A stretch of DNA of 33,174 nt from assembly GCF_001194135.2 (NCBI RefSeq), contig NC_068999.1, positions 6,560,918 through 6,594,091 of the forward strand. The letters run 5' to 3'. Source of the DNA: Octopus bimaculoides. Its lineage: Eukaryota. The notes under the pieces are model-generated. The model made no database searches. It saw only the letters and a list, made by a program, of their open reading frames with translations, and was not told where the DNA came from. Both the position numbers and the translations under genes were made by a program. This document shows positions 21,836 to 32,614 of this stretch, piece by piece (within the stretch, counting starts at the first letter, position 1; the number at the start of each line of letters is the position of its first letter).

Positions 21836-22078
21836 GTGTAAAATATTTTTATACACAAAGAGGAGACCATTCACAGGACTCCTTACATGCTAAAAATAGC
21901 AGTTAAAACCCAAAACAAGAAGAAGAAAAAGGAATTCATGAGGCACGCTGTTATAACACTAGGACGAGCAAAAAGTAAAGTGTTATTTTTTTCGTGGTTT
22001 GGATTTTAACTGCCTTTTCTAGCATGTAAGTTGTCCTGTCAAGTATCTCATCTCTGTGTATAAAAATATTTTATACAC
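21836..22078. mobile_element. MITE-like fold-back element with inverted arms of about 80 bp
   Basis: 21836-21916 (gtgtaaaatatttttatacacaaagaggagaccattcacaggactccttacatgctaaaaatagcagttaaaaccc) aligns along its length with the reverse complement of about 21996-22078, at roughly 80% by eye. Confidence 0.7.
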
Positions 22079-22669
22079 ACACATACATATACACGCATAT
22101 ATGGCATACACCTGGTAGCTTACTAGTAAAGCATGTTTACTAGCTCAGTTTTCGTTCGGTATTTGATTAATGAATGAGACGAAAGATGGACGATAAGAAA
22201 ATCTTTATTGATCACTACAATTGTTTTGACTCATCTAGCAACGATCCCTCACAGGTGGGATACATAACAAGTTATAAGAGTATCTATCAGTGTAGATATG
22301 TCTACTTCGGTGATTACATATATATAAAACAGAACGTGGAGGAATGTATACATATGGGTGTATATATCTATATATAAAGGCACACCCCACGTTACGGCCA
22401 CCTCACGTTACGGGATTTTATGCTTAAGGAAATTTTTATGTATGACCATTAATTTCGAGATAGAGTCTATAATTTTACACTTACTGAAACTAGTATTGCA
22501 TCATTATAAATTGTTAAAAATTGGAAACTACGCATTTTTTTTCTTAACTGAAAGTCGACTTGCGTTTGAGCCAAGTTCAAAGTATATAGTTAACGACTTG
22601 GAGAACTATGATCAAGTTACGCACATGCACGCATGAATATATACTGTACATAATGTGAGTATATATAAA

Positions 22670-22681
22670 TACATATGTATG

Positions 22682-22767
<86 letters not shown>

Positions 22768-22783
22768 AGAGAGAGATAGCTAT

Positions 22784-22816
<33 letters not shown>

Positions 22817-22850
22817 ATTTATATACGTATATATATATATATGTATGTAT
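22670..22850. repeat. Long (TA)n microsatellite with a (GA) interruption
   Basis: Seen directly in the sequence. Confidence 0.95.
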
Positions 22851-23370
22851 ATGAATGTGCATGCATGCATGTATGTATTATTTATGTATATCTGTGTGTC
22901 TCATTATGTGTGTGTGTGTGTATGTGTGTGTGTATGTGTGTATCATCCAGACGAACACAACAAACCGCAACAGTAATATATTGTATGAAGTACATAAGCA
23001 TATTCGTTTCAAATCAAAAGATATATTTGTGGCATTCTAGTGTATTTTAAAAGTTAAATGTCTTTGATCTTGGGTCTGTGAGGATTAAACTTAATACTAA
23101 ACAGCCACAACAATACAATTAGCAAGATCAATATATCCACTACAACACTAACAATATCCGCCTACCTCTCGCTAACACCTAAACCTATCCAACCCACATC
23201 ATCGCCATTGTCAACCCACCTACTTTTGAATCCAACTAGCTACAACAGGTATCAGCATGAATGCCAACACATGTGTATGTATGAGTGTCTGTGTGTATGA
23301 GATAGTAAGTATGTGTGTGTGGGGGTGGGGGGTTAAGTCAGAAGCAGAAGGGACGGAATGTCTATAAAAT

Positions 23371-23805
23371 CTAGTGAAAATTCTCTTAGACAACGCACCG
23401 AACCAACCAGCGAACTTAGATGACCTTTCTTGATAACATGAAAGTAGAATACATCTCCAAGAACGCTTCTTTGTTGACGCCAAATGATCAACTAGCTTAC
23501 TTCGAGGTATATTATGTTAGAACTTTCAAAGAACTTATGAAAACAATTGGCATGATGGATAAATGTAAAGTTAAAGATTTCTGGAAGACATTCCACATAA
23601 TGGATACTGTAAATAATATAGGTGAATCATGAGACGAAGTGGAACCTTCAACTTTGAACAGTGCGCAGAAAAGTACATGGCTAGACTGTGAGATTACAAG
23701 AGTTTTCCTCCAGCAGAAAGTCTACATGAAATTCGGTAAGATATTGTAACACTTGCGAAGAATGTAAGATTTGAAGAAGTCATCGAAGTTGATGTAAATG
23801 ATTCA
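23371..23805 (+). mobile_element. Decayed pogo/Tigger (DDE_1) transposase fragment
   Basis: Frames give LVKILLDNAPNQPANLDDLS, NMKVEYISKNASLLTPNDQ...VKDFWKTFHIMDTVNNIGES*DEVEPSTLN and EIR*DIVTLAKNVRFEEVIEVDV. These match the Tigger motifs LLLDNAPxH, N.TSLIQP.DQ and AWDEV...TL...W. No TIRs found. Confidence 0.88.
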
Positions 23806-23962
23806 CCCATATTATTTACGGCATCCCTCTCTCGCCCTCACTCTTCCTCCTTGACGCTCTCGTTGCTCACGCATGACCAACGGCTATCTATATTTCTTTC
23901 TTCCACTTCCTTCTTAAAGACAAGACGTGCTTTTGCCTGTCTCTTCTCAAAGCTCGAGAGAA

Positions 23963-24162
23963 GGATGCTGTAAATAATATAGGTGACTCATAGGACGAAG
24001 TGGAACCTTCAACTTTGAACAGTGCGCAGAAAAGTACATGGCTAGACTGTGAGATTACAAGAGTTTTCCTCCAGCAGAAAGTCTACATGAAATTCGGAAA
24101 GATATCGTAACACTTTCAAAGAATGTAAGATTTGAAGAAGTCGTTGAAGTTGACGTGATTCA
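23963..24162 (+). repeat. Direct duplicate of the last about 194 bp of the Tigger fragment
   Basis: 23602-23795 versus 23963-24156: about 11 mismatches in 194 nt by manual alignment, offset 361. Confidence 0.95.
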
Positions 24163-24164
24163 GG

Positions 24165-24651
24165 TGTTAGTGTCCTGGAATTGAAGTTTATCTATACATG
24201 CATATTTGGGCACAGGACATCAAAAAAAATACGTGAACAAAATGAGAAACGAGAGAATAAAAAACAAAAACATAGAAAACGAACTTTTTTTCGAACAACG
24301 AAAGAAACAAATAGAGAAACGAGACAGGCAACATACAGAACAATCCCTTCATCAGTTGTCCCCTGTTTTATCTACTCCGCGTTTCAAAGGCAGGGACAAG
24401 ACGCGACTTCGTTAAAACAGTCCTTCCTGCAAAGCAAATTAAATAAAATTTGGGATTTTTTGCGGGGGGTTAAAGTGGTAACAAAAACAGCACAGTAAGA
24501 ACAAAACAGTAAAAACAAACGGTGAGGGCTGTTAAGCCAAGACGATGAGAAGTGGTGAACTCTGGAAAACGAGCTTTGTGATGAGACAGGTAAAAGCGCG
24601 TCTTATTTTTAGGAAGGAAGTGGAAGAAAGAAAGATGGATAGCCGTTGGTC
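24165..24651 (+). mobile_element. A-rich interspersed repeat, possibly Penelope-like; its last 82 bp recur inverted at 23875-23956
   Basis: The inverted match (73/82) is seen directly. The class is suggested only by the cccttcatcagttgtc motif and the inverted-terminus architecture. Confidence 0.45.
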
Positions 24652-24653
24652 CC

Positions 24654-24735
24654 GAGTGGTGCTCCAGCATGGCTGCAGTCAAATGACTGAAACAAGCAAA
24701 AGAACAAAAGAATAGACGAATAAAAGAGTAAAAGT
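24654..24735 (+). mobile_element. SINE family 2, 3' tail fragment
   Basis: gtggtgctccagcatggctgcagtcaaatgactgaaacaagcaaaaga matches 31829-31880 and the reverse complement of 32625-32660. Confidence 0.85.
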
Positions 24736-24834
24736 ATATATATAACTCTCTCACGAACACACACACACACAGACACACACATACGCACACACATATACAT
24801 ACACACACACACATGCACACACACACATACACAA

Positions 24835-24878
<44 letters not shown>

Positions 24879-25292
24879 NNNNNNNNNNNNNNNNNNNNNN
24901 NNNNNNNNNNNNNNNNNNNNNNNNNNNNNNNNNNNNNNNNNNNNNNNNNNNNNNNNNNNNNNNNNNNNNNNNNNNNNNNNNNNNNNNNNNNNNNNNNNNN
25001 NNNNNNNNNNNNNNNNNNNNNNNNNNNNNNNNNNNNNNNNNNNNNNNNNNNNNNNNNNNNNNNNNNNNNNNNNNNNNNNNNNNNNNNNNNNNNNNNNNNN
25101 NNNNNNNNNNNNNNNNNNNNNNNNNNNNNNNNNNNNNNNNNNNNNNNNNNNNNNNNNNNNNNNNNNNNNNNNNNNNNNNNNNNNNNNNNNNNNNNNNNNN
25201 NNNNNNNNNNNNNNNNNNNNNNNNNNNNNNNNNNNNNNNNNNNNNNNNNNNNNNNNNNNNNNNNNNNNNNNNNNNNNNNNNNNNNNNNNNNN

Positions 25293-25348
<56 letters not shown>

Positions 25349-25388
25349 TTGTGTGTTTGGATAAATAGATAGACAAAGATAGATAGAC

Positions 25389-25451
<63 letters not shown>

Positions 25452-25489
25452 TACAGACAAACAGATAGATAGATATACTAGGGTTAATT

Positions 25490-25523
<34 letters not shown>

Positions 25524-25535
25524 CGATGATGATGG
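25293..25535. repeat. (AC)n, (AGAT)n and (GAT)n microsatellite cluster
   Basis: Seen directly in the sequence. Confidence 0.93.
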
Positions 25536-25667
25536 GGTAGTGGGGGGGGTGTTTGCAGCGGCAAGTACTATAGTAGTGTCGGTGATGTTGTTATAGTTGT
25601 TGCTATTACTAACTATTACAACTATGATGATATTGACGTATTGCTTTAAATTTGTATATACATATAT

Positions 25668-26050
25668 GTGGAGGCCCAGTAATTAGGGCAGCGGGCTCGC
25701 GGTCGTAGGATCGCGGTTTCGATTCCCAGACCGGGAATGTTGTTGTGGGTGTTTATTGAGCGAAAACACCTAAAGCACCACGAGGCTCCGGCAGAGGCTG
25801 GTGACGAACCCTGCTCTGTTCTTTCACTACAACTTTCTCTCACTCCTTTTTCCTGTTTCTGTTGTACCTGTATTTCAAAGGGGCCAGCCTTGTCACACTA
25901 TGTGTCACGCTGAATCTCTCCCAAGAACTACGTTAAGGGTACACGTGTCTGTTGAGTGATCAGCCACTTGCACGTTAATTCCACGAGCAGGCTGTTCCCT
26001 TGATCGTATCAGCTGGGACCCTCGTCGTCGTGACCGACGGAGTGCCACAA
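25668..26050 (+). mobile_element. Near-full-length tRNA-derived SINE, family 3 (about 380 bp)
   Basis: Head gtggaggcccagtaattagggcagcgggctcgcggtcgtaggatcgc, B-box-like ggtttcgattccc, end ccgacggagtgccacaa followed by (TA)n. An inverted copy lies at 27277-27488. Confidence 0.9.
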
Positions 26051-26140
26051 TATACATATATATATATATATATACCTACATACATACGGAGTGTCACACA
26101 CACTCACACACACCCACACCCATATATACATATATATATA

Positions 26141-26167
26141 CTAGATTATTACCCGTCATCTCACGGA
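26141..26167 (-). mobile_element. Possible Helitron 3' terminus
   Basis: Minus strand reads ccgtgagatgacgggtaataatCTAG|T: an imperfect GC hairpin about 10 nt before CTAG, followed by T. The stem is short and no 5' end was located. Confidence 0.4.
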
Positions 26168-26709
26168 AGGCTTTAAAGTATATTTTTTCCAGTTTGGTAT
26201 TGTCAAGAAATATGGCATACATACAAGAATTATAATTTAACTTTGAGTTTAACCATAATTCCTCAGACACACGTTCAGCATATGTGTAAGCAATCAATGC
26301 GACTGCAGTCACTTTTTCTGTTCACGAAGTTATATCCAATGTGTGTGTGGGGGGTGTATGTGTGTGTGTGCGTGTACACACACACACATATATACATTAC
26401 ATACATACACACACACACATATGTATGCTAGTGTTACCTGTCTGTGACTGGTAACTTGGGGAATATACATTCGACACTTATGATTTAACATTATATCGAC
26501 TTTCTTGGTGCTTATTCAAAATGAAATGAATACTAATATCCAAAAGAAAAATATTTATTTCTCGTGTGTATATTTGCAATAAATATGTTATTAGATTTCT
26601 AAATTTTATCAACATCATCGCCATTGAGAACCCATCTTTGCATACTTTCATTGAAAAATATGTATTTCTCAAAAAGTTATAAAATACTCATTCAGTACTT
26701 CATGTTAAC

Positions 26710-27010
26710 TCTCTATCTGTCTATCTATCTATCTTTCTGTCTATCTATATATCTATCTATCTTTCTGTCTATCTATCTTTTTGTCTATCTATCTGTCTGT
26801 TTTTCCATATATCTACCTATCTTTCTGTCAGCCTATCTATCTATCTGTCTATCAATGCCTCTCTATTTATCTTTCTGTCAGTCTATCTATCTATATTTCT
26901 GTCCCTCTACCTGTCTATCTACTTGTCTATCTACTTGTCTACCTATCTATCTATCTTTTTGTCTATCTACCTATCTACTTATCTATATGTCAGTCTGTTT
27001 GTCTATTTAT
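26710..27010. repeat. Degenerate (TCTA/TCTG)n tract
   Basis: Seen directly; explains the YLS/VYL-rich ORFs at 26624-27259. Confidence 0.92.
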
Positions 27011-27276
27011 CTCTCCTCGTTCGTTGCGATTTACAGTGTAACTACAGAACCGAGGAGCTGGCGAACAGAACAGCATCCCACCAATATATATGTGTGTATA
27101 TATATATATATACAAATATATATTGTTGTGTCTGGAGAGAGTCATTCTCTTGTAGTGCCTTATAATTTAACGCACTCACCGGTAAAATTTCCACTCATTT
27201 ACTTATTTATTTTTTCTAAATTTTCCGTGGCGTCTTGCAACCTTTTCAATAGTTGTTGACTGTCCGTTATGTATTA

Positions 27277-27488
27277 TTTGAAATACAGGTACAACAGAAG
27301 CAAAGAGTGAGAGAAATTTATGGTGAAAGAGTACAGCAGGGTTCGTCACCCCCATCCCCTGCCGGAGCCTCGTGGAGCTTCAGGTGTTTTCGCTCAATAA
27401 AAACTCACAACACCCGGTCTGGGAATCGAAACCACGATCCTATGACCGCGAGCACGCTGCCCTAACCACTGGGCCATTGCGCCTCCAC
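27277..27488 (-). mobile_element. SINE family 3, 5' 210 bp
   Basis: Its reverse complement (gtggaggcgcaatggcccagtggttagggcagc...ttctgttgtacctgtatttcaaa) aligns with 25668-25880. Confidence 0.92.
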
Positions 27489-28141
27489 CATGAATATACA
27501 CAATGTAAGCAGAAGTAGATTTAAATGAAATTATCATATACGCATTTTGAACCATGACATTCAAGTTAATCCAAGTGTATTTATTAGAAAATTAATTCAA
27601 ATATTCAAAGATGAAAACAAAAAGTGAGAGGGAAAAAAAGAGAGGATGAAGACTAGAGCGATGACGAAATGATAGGAAAACATAAAATGAAGTTCTCGAA
27701 GAGAAAGTAGAGAGAGAGGAAGAGCAAGCGAAGGAAAGATACGACTTCAGAAGTGACGAAAACCTCAGTCGATGATGAAAACAAAACAAGGTAGTTTGAA
27801 ACGATTGGTTCATAAAAAGAATTAAGCGTCTAGACTTTCATATATGAAATATTAAACAATTTGCAATCCAACGCCGTCAGATATAAAATTCAGTTCTTTA
27901 TGTTTTCCTTGTTTTTCGGCACCCAATAAGTAACTTTAAAAGCTATAAGAACCAACTCGTATTATTATTTTTATCTTTTTTTATATTTCATTTAATATAT
28001 CATTTCATTTTATTTCGATTTGATGTTTGAAACTTTCAGAACTATACCTTGAGACTTCCTTTCGTACATTATATTTTTTTGTTCAAAAATCTAACTTTTA
28101 AATTTAGTTAATCTTTAAACATTAATTCTTTCATTTTGCAG

Positions 28142-28171
28142 AATCTACGAAGAGAGAGGGTGTCGGGTGTT
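28142..28171 (+). CDS. Candidate 30-nt micro-exon B3 (phase 2 frame IYEERGCRV; frame uncertain)
   Basis: Strong acceptor ttctttcattttgcag and donor gtgagt; all three frames are open. Confidence 0.4.
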
Positions 28172-28714
28172 GTGAGTTGGTTTTGATATAAACGTTACAG
28201 TTTTGCAATAAATATGTAACTCTAGTTTCATATCTTTATGTTGTAAGAGATGACTTTGATATTTTATCAATGCGAAGATCGATAAAATATACACAGATAT
28301 ATATATAGCAGCCAGCAGAGCTACTTGTATAATTTTCGTTAAATATTAAGTCTTTTAACAAATAAAATAATATGTAATTACACTCCATTGACAGCAAAAA
28401 CGAGAAATACAAAATGGCGGCTTTTCGAAGAAACGACCGATTTTGGTGTTCTATAACGAAACGGTTCATATTTTTGTGTCCTTTTATATAACGAGTTTAA
28501 ATAGTTTAGAAATCGTCTTTCTTATTGATCAATCGGAATTCGATAAACATAAATGTCAATCATACACTGTGACATTTTTTTATTGATTATTGACCTTACT
28601 TTGAAGCTAAAAACGACCTTTTACTAAACCGTGTAAATTTTTCCCTTACGCCATAACGCCGATCTATCATTTCGTTTTATTCTTCATTCCTATTTATTCC
28701 TTAAAGATATTCCT

Positions 28715-28890
28715 TCATTGTTTTACTTTGATTTGATCATAAGACTGCGGCCATACTGGTGAGCCACCTTCAATGGGTTTCACTCGATCTTATCGATCCC
28801 AAATTTTATTCCATTCTGTTACATACTCTATCGATTTGCATTTTATCGAATCGCGAAATTTGACTTTGATATGACGACAAACATCGCTTC
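28715..28890 (-). mobile_element. SINE family 2, diverged 3' half
   Basis: tttactttgatttgatcataagactgcggccatactggtgagccaccttcaa matches the reverse complement of the family-2 tail. Confidence 0.75.
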
Positions 28891-29699
28891 ACACTGGGAA
28901 ACGAAACTACAAATATGTTCACTGATATACACACACACACACACACACACATAACCACAAACACACACACACACACACACACACACANNNNNNNNNNNNN
29001 NNNNNNNNNNNNNNNNNNNNNNNNNNNNNNNNNNNNNNNNNNNNNNNNNNNNNNNNNNNNNNNNNNNNNNNNNNNNNNNNNNNNNNNNNNNNNNNNNNNN
29101 NNNNNNNNNNNNNNNNNNNNNNNNNNNNNNNNNNNNNNNNNNNNNNNNNNNNNNNNNNNNNNNNNNNNNNNNNNNNNNNNNNNNNNNNNNNNNNNNNNNN
29201 NNNNNNNNNNNNNNNNNNNNNNNNNNNNNNNNNNNNNNNNNNNNNNNNNNNNNNNNNNNNNNNNNNNNNNNNNNNNNNNNNNNNNNNNNNNNNNNNNNNN
29301 NNNNNNNNNNNNNNNNNNNNNNNNNNNNNNNNNNNNNNNNNNNNNNNNNNNNNNNNNNNNNNNNNNNNNNNNNNNNNNNNNNNNNNNNNNNNNNNNNNNN
29401 NNNNNNNNNNNNNNNNNNNNNNNNNNNNNNNNNNNNNNNNNNNNNNNNNNNNNNNNNNNNNNNNNNNNNNNNNNNNNNNNNNNNNNNNNNNNNNNNNNNN
29501 NNNNNNNNNNNNNNNNNNNNNNNNNNNNNNNNNNNNNNNNNNNNNNNNNNNNNNNNNNNNNNNNNNNNNNNNNNNNNNNNNNNNNNNNNNNNNNNNNNNN
29601 NNNNNNNNNNNNNNNNNNNNNNNNNNNNNNNNNNNNNNNNNNNNNNNNNNNNNNNNNNNNNNNNNNNNNNNNNNNNNNNNTATATACAAACACACATAC

Positions 29700-29862
29700 T
29701 TATATACATCGGGCTTCTTTCAGTATCTATCTACCAAATCCACACACGATGTCTGGTCGGCCGGCCGGCGGCTACAGTAGAAAACACGCGCCCAAGGTGC
29801 CGTGCAGTGGAACTGAACCCGGAACCCTGCAGCTGAGAAGCAAAATCCTTACCACACGGCAC
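29700..29862 (-). mobile_element. SINE family 2 (CORE-like), 5' half
   Basis: gggcttctttcagt...ctaccaaatccacacac...cccaaggtgccgtgcagtggaactgaacccggaacc...cttaccacacggc is the reverse complement of the head at 31092-31245. Confidence 0.85.
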
Positions 29863-30210
29863 AAGGTATTAGTCAACGAATGCTTCAGAAGATTTATAGG
29901 AATTAAATAATTTTATACATTGAATTATGTTTAAGCTTACTCCCAGAATATAATGTACGTACATGAAACGTTGGAAAATTAATTCCGTACACTAAATTAA
30001 TCTGATGCTTTGCTCAGTTTTTCTCATAGACTTGTAGCCAAGCAATCACCAGTAAAAATACATTCAATATATTCACTAATATTTTAATAGTGTAAATCAA
30101 AGTATAAAGCAACATTGTATCCAAGTTGAATGTCATGTGACTAAGTGGAAATAGGATTATTCTAACAAATCCATGTATTTTTTTTTTGTTTTTGTTTTTT
30201 TGTTTTCCAG

Positions 30211-30300
30211 AAGTTGCAAGGAATGGTTAAAAATTTATTCATGTACGGATTAAAAGATGAATTGAAATGAGACTATGATTATATAATTCCTTTGAATAAA
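30211..30300 (+). CDS. Candidate 3'-terminal exon B4 with polyadenylation signal
   Basis: Very strong acceptor (about 25 pyrimidines then ccag). Phase 2 reads SCKEWLKIYSCTD-stop (30253); phase 0 reads KLQGMVKNLFMYGLKDELK-stop (30270). AATAAA at 30295-30300. Frame unresolved. Confidence 0.5.
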
Positions 30301-30622
30301 GGCTCCCGCCCATCCCGACTTACGTTCACCCATTCATAGTGGGTTATCGAGTACAACCCGATTTAAGTAAACTGAACGGAAGCAACGTTGTATTCGTGTG
30401 TGTTTATATTATATGTATATATGAATACATACAAACACACACATGTATGTATGCAAGCACACACATGCACACACATACACACACATACACACACACACAC
30501 ACACACACATACACACACATGTATCGACCAGAATATCAGATGTCTTTATACATCGCTGGTCAGTGTGGTTCCATTCTTCTATTCATGGTGTCTTTGTCTT
30601 CCATTTGGGGCACGAATTGTTT

Positions 30623-30658
<36 letters not shown>

Positions 30659-31091
30659 TGCACACACGTACACACACAGACTAGCGCACACCAATATACA
30701 CACACACTCACATGTATGTATATTTTTATTAATATGTACATACGTGAGCATAGTGCATATGTATAATATATATATGAATATATACACATATGCATATTTA
30801 TAAATGCATGTGTGTGTGTGTGTGGATATGTGTATATGTGTTATATATGCAATGCATGTATGTCTGCATGTATCTTTGTATATAACATGAACTCCAGCTT
30901 TCTATTTGATGAAGAAGAGAACAGCTAAGATAGAGTAAATAAAATCTGTGCAGATGGCGTCCTCTCACGGATGACTGCGGAAAATATTGATTACGTTTGA
31001 GTAACTACTTGCTCATTATGCACATTTAACCGCTCACATACACACACACACAAACATACACACAAGAATACACACATACACACACTCACAA

Positions 31092-31260
31092 TGGCTGTGT
31101 GGTAAGTAGCTTCCTTACCAACCACATGGTTCCGGGTTCAGTCTCACTGCGTGGCACCTTGGTCAAGTGTCTTCTACTATAACCTCGGGCCGACCAAAGC
31201 TTTGTGAGTGGATTTGGTAGACGGAAACTGAAAGGAGCCTGTTATGTGTATGTATATATA
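31092..31260 (+). mobile_element. SINE family 2 (tRNA head plus CORE-like domain), 5' half
   Basis: tggctgtgtggtaag A-box-like, ccgggttcagtctc B-box-like, caccttggtcaagtgtctt CORE-like motif. Confidence 0.88.
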
Positions 31261-31267
31261 TGTCGCT

Positions 31268-31291
31268 TAATAATAATAATAATAATAATAA

Positions 31292-31322
<31 letters not shown>

Positions 31323-31342
31323 AAGAAGAAGAAGAAGAAGAA

Positions 31343-31389
<47 letters not shown>

Positions 31390-31420
31390 AGAAGAAGAAG
31401 AAGAAGAAGAAGAAGAAGAA
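31268..31420. repeat. (AAT)n(AAG)n microsatellite with a single GAG interruption
   Basis: Seen directly; explains the poly-R and poly-K ORFs. Confidence 0.97.
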
Positions 31421-31597
31421 TAACGTACTCCCTTGCCTTAAATTATACTCCTTTTATATATGATCCTTCATGTGTTCTCCCCAAGGCACATTAATTTTTC
31501 ACCTGATTCAAGAAACTAACTGTTTCTGGGCGGAGTGCCGTTGGCATGATTTAACTGAGAGCAGTCCACTATAAATATGACGATGGGGTTAGGAAAG

Positions 31598-31890
31598 TAC
31601 CTTGGACAAGTGTCTTATACTATTTCTCCTGGCCGGCCAATGTCTTGTGAGTGAATTCGGTAGACGGAAATTGTGATGAAGCCCGTAGTATATGTGTGTG
31701 TGTGTGTGTGTATCACCACTGCTTGGCAACTGGCGCTGGTTTATTTACGTCCCCGTAACTTAGCGGTTCTACAAAAAAGAAATCGATGGAATAAATATCA
31801 AACCAAAAAAATAAGCGAGTCTCTTCAAGGTGGTGTCCCAGCATGGCCTCATGCCAATGACTGGAACAAATAGATAAAAAGCAAATAATA
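31598..31890 (+). mobile_element. SINE family 2, CORE domain to 3' tail, with an internal (TG)n
   Basis: taccttggacaagtgtctt...ggtagacggaaa...gaagcccgtagtatatgtgtg...tttacgtccccgtaacttagcggttc...cccagcatggcc...aatgactggaacaa. Confidence 0.88.
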
Positions 31891-32614
31891 CTGCTGGACG
31901 AAAGATATAGTCAACATCTGCGTGATTTGAACTCAGTAAGCTGAATTGTATATCTTTAAGTAATCTGTCTAACACGCGGCCACTTCGCCACTTGACGTTA
32001 ATGGTTTATTTGCATTTGTCTTTAGAATATTATAGCTACCTTTGCCGCTGAAGCTTTAAGTCGGCTGTTAGATTGAAGTCCCTCGTTTGATATTTGAGAA
32101 ATTCCAATCTATTTTCGATTTTGGCAAATTTGTTTTAATATTAAAACCTTTATCTCCAGCAAACAGATACTTGATTAATATGTTCTGCCAACTGGAGAAC
32201 ATTTAACATTAAATTCTAGAAAAATATTGGGACAATGGGAACAAACAAGAAATTTATTGTGTTGAATTAGTCGGTGGGTGGGATCGATGGGTTGTTCTTA
32301 TATTAAATCATTACTGTTCTGTTATTGCTGTTGTTGTGGCTGTTGATGGTGGTGTTAATGGTAGTGGTGTGGGTTAATGTTTCTACAGTCACCAAACAAC
32401 CAGCACCAGCGCCACTACCGTCCTCAATTGAAATTGTTACAGGCAATAACCTGATCGATCAAAGAGAAGGGAGATAATGAAATAAAAGTACAGAAGACTG
32501 AGAAAAATATTGGAACACTTTCCAGCAATGTTGTTCCTTCCGTGAACCCATGTAATCTTTTAGGGGCTAGCGTTGCAGCTGCGAGGTGAAAAAAAATACG
32601 TTTCCGATTATATC

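Noticed and set aside
22174-22377. ORF MRRKMDDKK...SQ with donor CAG|gtggga
   Set aside because: In-frame stop immediately upstream, no acceptor and no link to other candidates.
23420-23632. Domesticated pogo/CENP-B-like host gene
   Set aside because: Multiple frameshifts and stops, no N-terminal HTH region, and the duplicate also has a stop.
26193-26285. Exon WYCQEIWHTYKNY...QHM (acceptor ttttttccag, donor gtaagc)
   Set aside because: Splicing to B3 in its only open phase creates TAA, and it abuts a possible Helitron end. Not included in the chain.
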